A stretch of DNA of 64,000 nucleotides, from positions 1 through 64,000 of the forward strand of contig JBLWGC010000036.1 of NCBI GenBank assembly GCA_048772705.1. Direction: 5' to 3'. Shown in pieces: positions 48,670 to 59,401 of this stretch. The DNA comes from Leidyana gryllorum EB-2025a. Taxonomy: Eukaryota; Protista; Apicomplexa. The notes below the pieces were generated by a model that made no database searches, was not told the DNA's origin, and worked only from the letters and a program-made list of their open reading frames with translations. Each line of letters opens with the position of its first letter. Positions within the stretch are counted from its first letter, which is position 1. Both the position numbers and the translations under genes were made by a program.

Positions 48670-49339
48670 ATGAGTCGTGTCCGAGCTCCTGACTGGCCTT
48701 TGTGCCCCATCTGCCACAAGCAGATGTCTGCGGAATCACTCAAGTTCCATCGGCGTGCGTGCTCTCGAACGCATGGCTTGCGTTTGGTTCTGTGTCCAGC
48801 CTGCAAAGCAGAGGTCAGTACTCTTTGTCTTGGGAAAATGAGATCTTGTCTCAGTTGTTTCCGGTGGAACTGCAATCTCATCAACGATCGAAATGTCCCA
48901 ATAGACCCAAGTCACCGCCAGCCTTGGCTGGTGGTCCGTCTGCCCAGCCGCAAGCTGAGGAGTCGCCTTTAGAGTTATATAGGTGCGCCCACGTGTCTGA
49001 TGAGCAGCGAAAGCTTCCTTTGTTAGGGTACCATGTGCTTCTTGCGGGAGAAAGTTTGTGCCCGACCGTATCGCCAAGCATCAAGAGATTTGTTTTCGTA
49101 ACGCGAGCATAAAGAGACCCGTCTTTGACTCATTTTTACAGCGCGCTGCGTCTGGAGGATGCAGACGCAAGGAACAGGTCCCATTGTTGAAGGTTGATCC
49201 GAATAAATGGCGGCGAGAGAGTAGGCAGCTGAGGAGAGATATCAAAGCCGCCAAGGAGGCATACCTTGAGATTGAGCGACGCCCACGAGCCGCGAGTCGG
49301 CAGCGAGGGGCTCCGAGGAAGGCTACTGATCGAATCTGA
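48670..49339 (+). CDS. ZC2HC1-like C2HC zinc-finger protein (multi-exon)
   Basis: CPIC..H..C, CASCGRKFVPDRIAKHQEIC, KRPVFDS..QR, KWRRES..IKAAK. Confidence 0.8.
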
Positions 49340-50198
49340 AGCCAGCGAAGGATTCTTGTCTGGAGCGTCGGAAGACTGTTTCTTTGAAGAAACCTCCGGC
49401 GTCGCGCTGTCGCGAGAATTCCATATGTCGTAGGCTTGCGCCGTATGTGATCTTTCCCTGGAGGGTCATAGGTAAAGCTGCGTGTATTTTGTTCAGCAGG
49501 GCAACTCCTTTGAGTGCGGCGTCAAGATCGTCGGCATTCTTGGAGGAAAAGTCTCCGCCATTGGCCGCTGCTTGTTCAAAGAACTGAGGATTTGCTCGTT
49601 GCAGAGGATGGACGAGTTTGGAAGTGTCCCGATGAACGAATCCTGGCTGATATGGGAGTTGAAGAATTTCGAAGAAGACTCCCTCTTTTGCCACAATATC
49701 TCGGATGCGTTCGACGCACGCTTGTCGTCGGCGTTCGGCACACTCCAGGATCTTTTCCTGATTTTCGATTTCGTATTGCCGCAGATACTCTTGGCGTTGT
49801 TTTCTCAAACTCTCATCCGTAGACCAAATGAGATCGTGAATAATGTCTTCTCTCTCTTCTAAGAACTTGTTGTACTCGGGGCTCGTGACAAAGCTCGCTC
49901 TGTCGTAGTTCAAGACACTGGTGACCTTCCCGCGGATGGTGGTCTCTCTCTCCAAATCAGCGTCGTCCTCTCCACAGTCTCTCCAGCACTCTGTCCCCGC
50001 AGCCACCCCACATAGAGGGCAATATAACACCTGGTCCTTGTCTACCCAAGTGAGCGTTTTGGATTGACCCAGCTTGGCACCAGCGTATGTCACCATACAT
50101 CGACAGCATATCCAGTGTCCACAATTCTTTGATCGCAGCAGACGAACGTCAAATGTTCCCGCAAAGTTCTCATTACACTTGGGGCACACCCTTGACAT
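49323..50198 (-). CDS. MNAT1: CDK-activating kinase assembly factor MAT1 (RING)
   Basis: N-terminal [21 protein letters not shown]; [29 protein letters not shown]; AGGF. Confidence 0.88.
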   Translation of the reverse strand: MSRVCPKCNENFAGTFDVRLLRSKNCGHWICCRCMVTYAGAKLGQSKTLTWVDKDQVLYCPLCGVAAGTECWRDCGEDDADLERETTIRGKVTSVLNYDRASFVTSPEYNKFLEEREDIIHDLIWSTDESLRKQRQEYLRQYEIENQEKILECAERRRQACVERIRDIVAKEGVFFEILQLPYQPGFVHRDTSKLVHPLQRANPQFFEQAAANGGDFSSKNADDLDAALKGVALLNKIHAALPMTLQGKITYGASLRHMEFSRQRDAGGFFKETVFRRSRQESFAGFRFDQ

Positions 50199-50236
50199 AG
50201 GTGGGGAGGGCGGGTGGAGTGCCTAAAAAAATCAGT

Positions 50237-50719
50237 ATGGCCAAGCACCGTAAGTGAACCTACCTATTCGACTCGAAAAGCCACTCCTTTTCCCTCAGAC
50301 CCCGACCTCATCATGTGCCGTAAGCAGCCCGGCATTGCTGTCGGACGGCTGTGCGAGAAATGCGAGGATAAATGTCCTATATGCGACTCCTATGTGCGGC
50401 CCCACACGCTGGTCCGAATTTGCGATGAATGCAACTATGGCAGCTACCAGGTGAGGAGCGAGCGAGCGAGCGAATCAGTCAAACTCTAACTTTCCGTTAT
50501 TCTACAGGGGCGGTGCGTAGTGTGCGGAGGTCCGGGAATTTCGGACGCTTACTATTGCAAGGAGTGTGTGCAATGTGAGAAAGACGTAAGTGATACCAAA
50601 ACGCCTTGCACATATATACATGGCTGCAGCGAGATGGCTGTCCGAAGATCGTGAACTTAGGCAGTGCAAAGACAGACCTTTTCTATGAACGGAAACGATA
50701 CGGATTCAACCAACGATGA
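50237..50719 (+). CDS. PHF5A: PHF5A/Rds3 SF3b subunit (4 exons)
   Basis: MAKHH|[38 protein letters not shown]|[18 protein letters not shown]|[22 protein letters not shown]. Confidence 0.98.
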
Positions 50720-51169
50720 CACTGAGAACAAAGCTATACCCTCGGCGTCAGCCCGACTTAGTTGTTCCTCTTTAGATCAGTAGAGTGAGAGATACGAAGA
50801 GAGCAGACATTGATGAGAAGTTGTGCGTGCGATGTTCACTGTGCGACCAGAAGGCGAGGGATGCTAACCTCGTGGGAGATAGCGGCAGAGCTCACAGTGC
50901 CCTCATGTCTAGCAGGCTGCTTCTTCTGCAAGTGTGGACGCGAGCGAGCAGACAGTTTCGATCGCGGTAAGAGCTCCACTCCCGTCCAAAGTAGAGAGAA
51001 TCCGCGCCATTCACCCCCACCAATCGGGTCCAATACTCGCTTTCAATGGCACCGGCCCAGACACGCGAACCACTCCGTGTCTGCCAAACAACAGACTTTT
51101 TTGACACCGCTGCTCGGCCATCCCTGGACATCTGACTGAAAGAAACGGCACATACCCACTACGCCAACC

Positions 51170-52900
51170 TTCTTCCACGATGTATTGGATGGACTCTCCG
51201 AGACCGCCGTTTCCGAAAACTAATGTTCTCTTCAGGTCGGTAGAGGTGAGAGCTGGGCCGGGGCATGTGATTGGCTTGTGCGGTGTACCTCTATGGGTCA
51301 CTCCAAATTCCCAGTGCGGACAATCACTCTTTGTGAAAGAGATGGGAACGAAAATCTGGCCGATGTCGGCTGATAAAACTTGTATATCGCGTCTGCGCGC
51401 TCAGTAATCTGTTCGTGAACGCAGGGTATCGAATGAACCTTCTCTCCATAACCCTTCAGAGTGAGGTGAAGGGGGGAGGGAACTCGTTTACTCCTTCAGT
51501 TCTCCACGCCTGTTCCTCGCGAGCACCATTTGCGAGAGAGTCCTCGATTACTATTTCACTCAGTTGAGAATTTGGAACGCTAGCTTGTCTCTCTGCAGTC
51601 TGCTGGTTCTCTGTCTCCTCATTGCGCCCTTTACACCATTTGACGCCCCCCACGCAACACATTCTGAGCCGATAAGAGTGATCATCAATCCGCCCAACTC
51701 AACTCACATGATACAGAAATTGAGGAGGTACCCTACCGGGTGTAATGCTGTCCAATTCTCTGTATTTACGGGGCAACCATGAGATATCGTATAGCCGGAA
51801 GGATCTTCCATCCCCTTTCGATCGCCAAATTGTGCGGTAACAGCGTCTCAAAAATATCGTGCAGATGTGCGTCCACTACACAGTGTTCGGGGGGCAGCGG
51901 GGTGTACTCGCACCACGTTAGGTTCTGTGCCTGAAGAAAAGTAGTCCCTGAAGCCTCCCGGCGGAATGGGGTCTGCCAAGGTTTCCCTCTGTACGCACGG
52001 CAGCCCCCCCCCCCGGTGGTGGTTGCGGAGACGGCACCGCGGATAGGCACCAAATGGGCAGGCATAGGCGACGGCTTCTCTAGCAATCGGTATCCTCAGT
52101 TAACATCTCTGAGGTCGTGGAGCTTCGGACTTTTATGGAAACCACCTCTCCACTCATACGAGGGCAGCAAGAAGTGCCAGAAGGACGGCTCGGCGCCCAA
52201 AACTCCGATATTGTATGGTGATGGTTGTGCATAAGACTGATGGAGACGAAATGTGACAGACCTCGGGTTATAAAACTTGCGTTCCGCACCTGTGCGCCCA
52301 GTAGTCTGTACATGAGCGCAGTGTGTCAAGTGAACCTTCTCGCCATAGCCATTCCATAGTGAGGGGGACGGAAGGGGGGATTCGGTCACTCCTTCACTTC
52401 TCGGCTGCTCTCCGCTCGCTGTGCCGACGCCTTCTTCGCGAGCACAATTTGCGAGATTCGCATCAATACGATCGCTCAGTTGAGAGTTGCGGATGCTGTC
52501 CAGTCTCTCTGCATTCCGCCGGGTCTCGTTCCGGCTCTTGTTGCGCCTCCGATACGCTCTGACGCCGGCCAGAATTGCACAGATCGAGGTGGTACTAGCG
52601 GATTATTCACCCATGGCCACTAACCCCCAATGACAGCGGCCACAGGGATCTTCCAGCCTATGTCGATCAATTAGATTGGTACAAACGAACTCACCTCTGT
52701 GCCAAGTTCTCGCGTCTAAAAGTTGATCGCACACCACTCACTTCTCGAGGGGCAGTCTCCACACACTAAGTCCTGTCTCCTTATGGGAGAATGACCCTTA
52801 AAGCTGCCCGGCGGGATGGGGGCTGCCAAAGGTTTGAGGTTGCGCATAAAGGACGACCCCAGCCGGGAGGAGGGGCGGGTGGTCCGTGTACGGCACATAT
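51170..52900 (-). other. Diverged duplicated segments of unknown nature (small paralogues or relics)
   Basis: aagcctcccggcggaatggggtctgccaaggttt (~51951) vs aagctgcccggcgggatgggggctgccaaaggttt (~52801); ggatcttcca..tcgatc (~51801 vs ~52646). Confidence 0.45.
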
Positions 52901-53333
52901 ACAATTTGTGGTAGACGGCCAAACTCTGGTTGGGCGTCATTGGCCGGTTGGCACCGAGTGCACTCGGGTTGGGAGGAATCGGGCATCACACGCCTTGGCG
53001 AACGGAATTGGGGTGGGACTGCGAGAAGAGCTTCTTTCTTCTTCCCTCGAGCTCCCTCCCACATGAACAGCACAATAAGGCCCCATGCAATACCTCTGAG
53101 GTGTGAATGGCTGTTTTAATCACAGGCGAACCCACAAGAAAATAGCAAGAACTGCCAGAATAGCATTTGTGTTCAGCTCAACAAAGTCGTTGTAAAGGGG
53201 TTCTTCTTCGGTGGTAGTAAACATAATTTCGAATTTTCATGGTTCCATGCAAAGGGTTCGATGTCGACACACTGTGCTATAGATTGAAGGATATGTCACA
53301 TTTCGCTCTCGTGGTTGAATAAAACTAATTGGG

Positions 53334-53364
53334 TGGTTGGTTGGTTGGTTGGTTGGTTGGTTGG
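53334..53364. repeat. (TGGT)n tetranucleotide microsatellite
   Basis: About 8 perfect units just past the 53378 stop codon. Confidence 0.9.
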
Positions 53365-53377
53365 CTTTCTCTATCTA

Positions 53378-54343
53378 TCAATCTCGACGAGGTGATCGGC
53401 TTTCCATCACCAATAAGAGTTTGTTACCCCGTCTTTGGGCGATGCGGCGGATACTCCCATAGGGTATCCCGCGCCTGTACAATTCCGTGGCAATACTTTC
53501 ATCAGATTCATTCGTGGCATCCCAGTCCACCTTAATCGAGCGCAATCGCAAACTCGGACTCGCTTTCGATGGCCACGAGTCTCCGCCCTCGGAGCTGTCG
53601 CCTTCGTCGGATTCTTCCTCTTCGTCGCTGTCCCCAACAATCCATTCGGGTCTGAAGGGACCTTCGGGACCTCCCCCAATGACTGAAGAAGAGTCGCTTC
53701 CTGACCACTCGCCGCGAGAAGTATCGCTGCCTTCGAAAGGTCGAGGGCGACACCGCAGCATAATGTCTCCGGTGTCTCCCTCCCAGGATTGCACGACTTC
53801 GTACATTAGTTCCCCGCCGTCCTCTGTGTCGACCACGAAAGCTTTCGGTAGTGACAGATTCTGCTGAGATCGCGTGTCAACGGGACTTGTCGCCCGTGTG
53901 CTAGCATTGCGAAAGTTGCTCCGCTTTCTATGGTAGGGGTGGCGTGGTCGATCAGAGTGTCGCATTTCAACTTCGCGCTCTGAGGGGCACAAAGCCTCCA
54001 GATAACGGATTCTATGCTCCAATTGTTGTACATGCGCGTATAGAGTGTGCAGGTCCGACGCTGGGACAGCGTGCCCCTTGCGGTGATGACGCCTTCTGGG
54101 CGTGACTTCCGCGTACCCATCACCTCGTGATCCAGTAATTACGGATGGATGCCCCCTTTCGCGGCACCAATTGCGATGTGAGCCGCTGTGTCCTCCCATT
54201 GTGAAGTAAGATGATGAATCATCAGGGCGATCTTCACACTCGGAATCCGAGCCGTAAGTGGGAGGATAATGACTCAACCGTGAATCAATCCTGCTGAACG
54301 ATCGGATATAGCCTTTTGACTTTCCGCTCGCGTGGTGGTACAT
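53378..54343 (-). CDS. Hypothetical disordered protein with a short coiled coil
   Basis: 321-aa ATG ORF; LYAHVQQLEHRIRYLE helix; S/R/D/E-rich. Confidence 0.6.
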   Translation of the reverse strand: MYHHASGKSKGYIRSFSRIDSRLSHYPPTYGSDSECEDRPDDSSSYFTMGGHSGSHRNWCRERGHPSVITGSRGDGYAEVTPRRRHHRKGHAVPASDLHTLYAHVQQLEHRIRYLEALCPSEREVEMRHSDRPRHPYHRKRSNFRNASTRATSPVDTRSQQNLSLPKAFVVDTEDGGELMYEVVQSWEGDTGDIMLRCRPRPFEGSDTSRGEWSGSDSSSVIGGGPEGPFRPEWIVGDSDEEEESDEGDSSEGGDSWPSKASPSLRLRSIKVDWDATNESDESIATELYRRGIPYGSIRRIAQRRGNKLLLVMESRSPRRD

Positions 54344-54623
54344 TGGATTGCTTTGCGGATAAGGTAAATACTTCTTTTTGTAAGCGATATGCTAATGTGT
54401 GAATTACTGATGATGCGTCAGTCAGTCAGTCTGTTTTCTCGTAATTTCAGGGCAGTAACCGAGAGACTGTCTCACTATCAGTGTGTCTCCACGTGCAGAT
54501 TGATCACATCATAAGCAATCCACGTGCACCCCTCGCTTTTTTCTTAGCACCACCCACAGCCCACGTCTGGGTGGGATCTCAAAATCCCACATCCCACCAG
54601 GTGGAAAGCCTACCGAAACATCC

Positions 54624-56720
54624 TTAAGAAGCGAAAACAGCTATTGTGACAATGACGAAGAGCGCCTCCATCCTCGTAAATGTGCCAATGTACTTGGGAA
54701 AAGCAGCTTCAGGGTGGAGTTGAAGGACGACGTGTTGATACCATCCTCGGATGCCGTCATAAGGCAAACTCTCGGCTCCATAACGTTCAGAAACTAATCG
54801 CGCGAAAACTTGGCTAATGGTGTCCGGCACGGTGAATGTCATCTCGGGCCACTTGTCGACATCAATATACGAATCTGGATAGTATTGATATTCTTTCGAT
54901 TGCCAATTGTCAATGGACCACTCAAGCCTGAAGGGTCCCGGAATGCGGGTGTTCGTGAGGGGCTCTACTCTGATCCACAGCTTTCGTTCTTCGTGAACAA
55001 TACTCTGCAAATAGACGCGGAGACGCGCATCGCAACGTCGATCTGCTCCCACATCGACGTTTGTTGGGACCGGACGCTTGATGGACCCTCTATGCAGCGC
55101 AGCTTGTGCACGGACATATTGTTGAACAATTGTGTGATCGGGTATGTCATAATATGTGACATTCATTGCAATATTTGCGAGACTGGGATCCTCGGCAAGG
55201 CTGAGTGCGCTTGTGAGCACACGAAAAGTTCGGCAGGACATCAATTGGTCGCAAACATCCCCCTCCATCATAGAATCAGTCTTCTGCCAACATAATTTTG
55301 CTGGAGCTGGATCAGATCCGTTGTAGATGTAGTATATCCCCGCCGTCAATTTTGGGCAGGGAGATGGTGTTGCTAGATGCCTAGCTAATTGATCACCTGA
55401 CAGGTCGAAGGCGACCATTCCTGATCCTCGGTGGAATACATCATGTATTATGGAATTAGTCAATATGCCCTGAAAGTTCGATCCGACATCCTGATGATAC
55501 TGCACAGCATCACATCGTGATGACATGGCAATCTCAGCACGGCCTTCGCCCCAATCCTTGGCCAGAGCGAGCAGTGCGTGCGGATATAGACCGTGAATAG
55601 CACCCGTGTAATAAGTTGTCGATGAATCTGAGACTCCCCATTGCCAAAATCCATCAAACTCAGCCAATTCCTCATTCCGCCAATCCATCTTGGGCCACCA
55701 ATAGAGTCCTAAAGCACTCACCATACGCTTTGCACGAGGATATGCTGTCTTCCCAGCAATCACTGGGAGACCGTGCCACGCGTTGCCGTCGCGCTCCCAC
55801 AATACGGGGAGGTAAGAGAGAGTTTGGCTTTTTGTTTTCCAGCTCGACTTCGAGGGCCAGATCTCAATTAGGTTTATCTCTCCTTGTTGTCGACCGGACA
55901 CCAACAAGGCTTGACTGTTGGAACTTATCTGGTAGAGAGTTTCATCTTGCGCCTCGATGTAGCCGGTGGGGGCCAGGACAATATTCTCCTGGCTCTCAAA
56001 AGGCATTGGAATGATGGGCGAGATGATCAAGTCCACCTCAGCAGAGAATTGGTCCAGATCGATTCCAGACAAATCAGAGACGAGCACAACGAAGTCGGGT
56101 TGGACATCACGCTGGAGATCACGTATGCTCTCTAATAGAGATGTTTCGAGGGGTGCGAAGGTGAAGGCCTCCAGTCTTCCAGGCCGCACAGAGAGAGAAG
56201 GGGTGATCCGCCGGGCTCCAATGAAAGCAATAGTGTAGGTCTCCGACCCAACAGCTACTGTTTTGAGGTGGTGAGCGGCGAAGACCGTCCTGTTCAGGTA
56301 CAGTATGTTGGCTCCCAGCATCGTACCGAGTCCGGAGTGGGGCGGCTTGTCTTGGCCAAAGCCATATTCGAGCTCGCCCAGACCTACCAAAGTGATGTCT
56401 GTGCCGAGGATGCCTGCTGCCTCGAGAGCGGGCAGATCATCTCCAATCCAACTCTCGTATGACGTGGAGCCAACAGTGTTCCCAAAATTAACAACTACAC
56501 GATCATGACAGGACTGGAGGTCCTCATGGAAATCGAGGGTGGCTGCGAGCGCCACGAATCCAGTGTTGTTCCCAGTCACGAAAGCACTGGAGCCCAGAGG
56601 ACGGAAGCTGCCTCTCACATCGCCATAGGTATATATACATATAGGATTGGATGATACAGTGTCGGCCGCTGCGAAGAGTGGCGCAGAGCAACCGAAGTAA
56701 AGAAAAAGTCGTGAAAACAT
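54624..56720 (-). CDS. Secreted/GPI-type 5'-nucleotidase (CD73/apyrase)-fold protein with degenerate metal-binding motifs
   Basis: Signal peptide; YTYGDVRG, NFGNTVG, VGLGELEYG, LGANI, IAFIG, FVVLVSD, VDLII in 5'-nucleotidase order; C-domain G.LT..I.DVF..LSGDQL..L; short hydrophobic C-terminus. Confidence 0.7.
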   Translation of the reverse strand: MFSRLFLYFGCSAPLFAAADTVSSNPICIYTYGDVRGSFRPLGSSAFVTGNNTGFVALAATLDFHEDLQSCHDRVVVNFGNTVGSTSYESWIGDDLPALEAAGILGTDITLVGLGELEYGFGQDKPPHSGLGTMLGANILYLNRTVFAAHHLKTVAVGSETYTIAFIGARRITPSLSVRPGRLEAFTFAPLETSLLESIRDLQRDVQPDFVVLVSDLSGIDLDQFSAEVDLIISPIIPMPFESQENIVLAPTGYIEAQDETLYQISSNSQALLVSGRQQGEINLIEIWPSKSSWKTKSQTLSYLPVLWERDGNAWHGLPVIAGKTAYPRAKRMVSALGLYWWPKMDWRNEELAEFDGFWQWGVSDSSTTYYTGAIHGLYPHALLALAKDWGEGRAEIAMSSRCDAVQYHQDVGSNFQGILTNSIIHDVFHRGSGMVAFDLSGDQLARHLATPSPCPKLTAGIYYIYNGSDPAPAKLCWQKTDSMMEGDVCDQLMSCRTFRVLTSALSLAEDPSLANIAMNVTYYDIPDHTIVQQYVRAQAALHRGSIKRPVPTNVDVGADRRCDARLRVYLQSIVHEERKLWIRVEPLTNTRIPGPFRLEWSIDNWQSKEYQYYPDSYIDVDKWPEMTFTVPDTISQVFARLVSERYGAESLPYDGIRGWYQHVVLQLHPEAAFPKYIGTFTRMEALFVIVTIAVFAS

Positions 56721-56964
56721 ACTTCATGAACGACGTTTGATCAAAGTCACGAAAAGTTGGGCTGTGGGATCTCAGATTGAAGGAAATGGGAACGGTGACG
56801 GATACACATTTTGTCGGCGGAAGCCGATCAATTGTCAAGTTCAAGTGATGGTGTTCGAGTACAGCAAAAGAATGGATCGATCAGTCAGTTCCCTCGGAGA
56901 CTACAATATTCATCATTGACATTCAACATCGCTGTCACAAACAGCGTCCCACTCCTCCGCTTAG

Positions 56965-59241
56965 TCACCAGAAGGAGAATGATGGCGCTCGCTTGAGCGT
57001 TAGTTTGAGATTGTAATTCACATTCAATTCATCAATATACTCAGGGAGTGTGGTAGTCCACCTCCGTCTCCATCTCCTACTCAGAGAGTGCTCGGTCTCG
57101 TCCTCATCTTGCCCACGAGGTCTCTTGAACTCTGAACATTCCTTCGGGCATGTTCGACTCACCAGCCACACCCGGCGGCCTGGTGTCATCCAATGCCGGT
57201 GTTGGGCGACAATCCAAGCCAGAGCTTCATCTTCTTTGTGAGACAGGTCTCGATGGGCCATCTTGAGATGGCACATACGTCTTCTGAGCCATCCAGTGAA
57301 ACTGAGATCGAACATCTCGTCCCCAGAGCGCGAAATAACCACATAAGCAGCCCCCGAAGGCTGAATCGGCCCATCCAAACAGATTACAGCTTCCGTATAG
57401 TGGTTCGGAGGCATCATTTCCTTCATATCTGTCACTTTCTGCTCTGCTCCAAATCCTCGTCGACTTATCAACCTCGAGAAGAAGCTCGCCTTTGCAACCG
57501 GAACATCTCCATGCAGACGCTTCTCTTCTGTGAGAGCATTCTCAACATCCTCAAACCACGCACCCGCCTGTGGAGAAGGAGCTTCCACCGGCAGAGGATA
57601 GTCGTTCATGACCTCCAGCACACTGGAGCTTGTTTGATCCCCCCGTGGGCGAGCAATCGGATGTGAAGGTACTGCCGGCCTGTGAAGCGTCGAAATATGC
57701 ACTTGAGGAGCTTCGTCCCCAACTGACGAGCATGTCCATAGAGACGAGGTCACGGGTAGACTCTCCCTCTCCGCTGGGACGCCTGATCTCCAAGCTCCCA
57801 AGGTTGATCTTGGCACATTCGAGGTGGATGAAGGCAAACGGAATAGCCACATCTGGGAGCCATTCTCGCCAGCGGCCGCGGATGAGTCGTGGGCGGATAC
57901 GTCAACGCAAAGCCCGGCCCCCGTAGTTACAGACCGCCGATCTTCGGCCTCCGGTACCAGGCTCGATCCCCGCCCGGTTGTAGGTTTGAGGGAATCTGAG
58001 TCTGTGTAACCAGGTTTTGCCATGTGAGAGGTGGTGGTATCCATAGTCGGATCCTGAGCACCTGAGCTACTGAGCATACGTACCAAACTGTTTGAGACCG
58101 ACCGACATCTGGCCGACAATTGCTTTCGTCGGCTTATCGGCTTCTCAGCGGGACAGAAATCATCAAAGAGCTCTTCATCACGGCGGGAGACGGCGCTGGG
58201 ACTGGAGGGCGCAGTTCGTGGCCGAATGAGGGGACTGAATTCGTTTGGTGGCGGTAGGGACGGCAACGACGGGATAGCAGAGACGTCTGGAAGTGCTTGA
58301 CCGCATTGGACCGACTGACTGTCCGCCATAACTTGATTGATGGGCTCAAAAAGGAGATCCGAGTATATTGATCTCTTGGTGAAAGTTGGAACTCTCAACT
58401 CTCTCATCCAATCGACCGCCTCCACTCCCCTACTCTTAATCCGATCACCCTGCTCCGGCGGAAGATCCTCAGGTGCGTTGCTGTCGTCGGGCAGAGGATC
58501 GTCAACAGGACTGCTTTCGGCGCCGTTTACTGACAGACTGCTCTCGTGCTTGGTGGTTAAGGGCGCAGAGTCCGTCATTCCTCCCACACTGTCACTCCCC
58601 AGAGAGCTCTCCACTTCAGCTGCCTCAAACGGATCTCGATGGCTCCCGCGACCCGCTAGACACATCCTCGACTGGAGGCCCGCCTCCATAGCGTTCGGCT
58701 GGCTCAACTCCTCGTGGGCGAAAACATCGTTACCTCTGACTCTCCCTTCACTCCTCCATGAGCGAAGGGGTTCAGCGGTGCGTGGCCGAACCGGACGGTG
58801 CTGGAGCACATCATTCTCAGGGATCTCGCCTTCGGTCCATCGACCTCCGGGTTTGCAACTTGAAGGACGATACCACCATTGGCTTATCCCCTCATCCGAT
58901 CGGGCTTCCCACACGTCGGCATCGTCATCTCTTTCTCCCGACGGTTGCTTAACATGTTCCACTTTACCAGTGATAGTGTTGACATCATATGTATGGTGGA
59001 CGTCCTCATGATAGTCTTCGAGCTCGTTGTTGTTGTCGGCCGTTTCCGTAGCGAGACGACACTCGGGGAGGTTTTCTGATAGGTGTGAGTAGTCCTGACA
59101 TTGGTCATTTGCTCGGTCCCATGTTAGTGGCGTTGCGGCAGTATTTCCCAGTAGATATTGAATGCTCGTTTTAGCATCGACGTTCGCGGTTGGTACATCT
59201 GGACTCACAGCATAGGTCTCTGCTTGTCGCCAGCAGTTCAT
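56965..59241 (-). CDS. Hypothetical 758-aa protein, largely disordered with a small globular C-terminus
   Basis: Long ATG ORF; S/P/D/E-rich; no family recognised. Confidence 0.7.
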   Translation of the reverse strand: MNCWRQAETYAVSPDVPTANVDAKTSIQYLLGNTAATPLTWDRANDQCQDYSHLSENLPECRLATETADNNNELEDYHEDVHHTYDVNTITGKVEHVKQPSGERDDDADVWEARSDEGISQWWYRPSSCKPGGRWTEGEIPENDVLQHRPVRPRTAEPLRSWRSEGRVRGNDVFAHEELSQPNAMEAGLQSRMCLAGRGSHRDPFEAAEVESSLGSDSVGGMTDSAPLTTKHESSLSVNGAESSPVDDPLPDDSNAPEDLPPEQGDRIKSRGVEAVDWMRELRVPTFTKRSIYSDLLFEPINQVMADSQSVQCGQALPDVSAIPSLPSLPPPNEFSPLIRPRTAPSSPSAVSRRDEELFDDFCPAEKPISRRKQLSARCRSVSNSLVRMLSSSGAQDPTMDTTTSHMAKPGYTDSDSLKPTTGRGSSLVPEAEDRRSVTTGAGLCVDVSAHDSSAAAGENGSQMWLFRLPSSTSNVPRSTLGAWRSGVPAERESLPVTSSLWTCSSVGDEAPQVHISTLHRPAVPSHPIARPRGDQTSSSVLEVMNDYPLPVEAPSPQAGAWFEDVENALTEEKRLHGDVPVAKASFFSRLISRRGFGAEQKVTDMKEMMPPNHYTEAVICLDGPIQPSGAAYVVISRSGDEMFDLSFTGWLRRRMCHLKMAHRDLSHKEDEALAWIVAQHRHWMTPGRRVWLVSRTCPKECSEFKRPRGQDEDETEHSLSRRWRRRWTTTLPEYIDELNVNYNLKLTLKRAPSFSFW

Positions 59242-59401
59242 TCGACGGAATTCACACGAATTGGGGGATATTAGATCTAACTAACTATTCCTGCGCGGCA
59301 GGATAACGGACCTCTGAAAGGTGTGATTCGGGCACAAGCGAGGGGAGACAGATGTCTCCAGTCTCTGCTCGCTGGCGTCAAACGGTCCAGATCTTTTCTA
59401 G

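Noticed and set aside
53334-53364. Telomere-like repeat
   Set aside because: A short internal TGGT tetramer tract, not TTAGGG/TTTAGGG; an ordinary microsatellite
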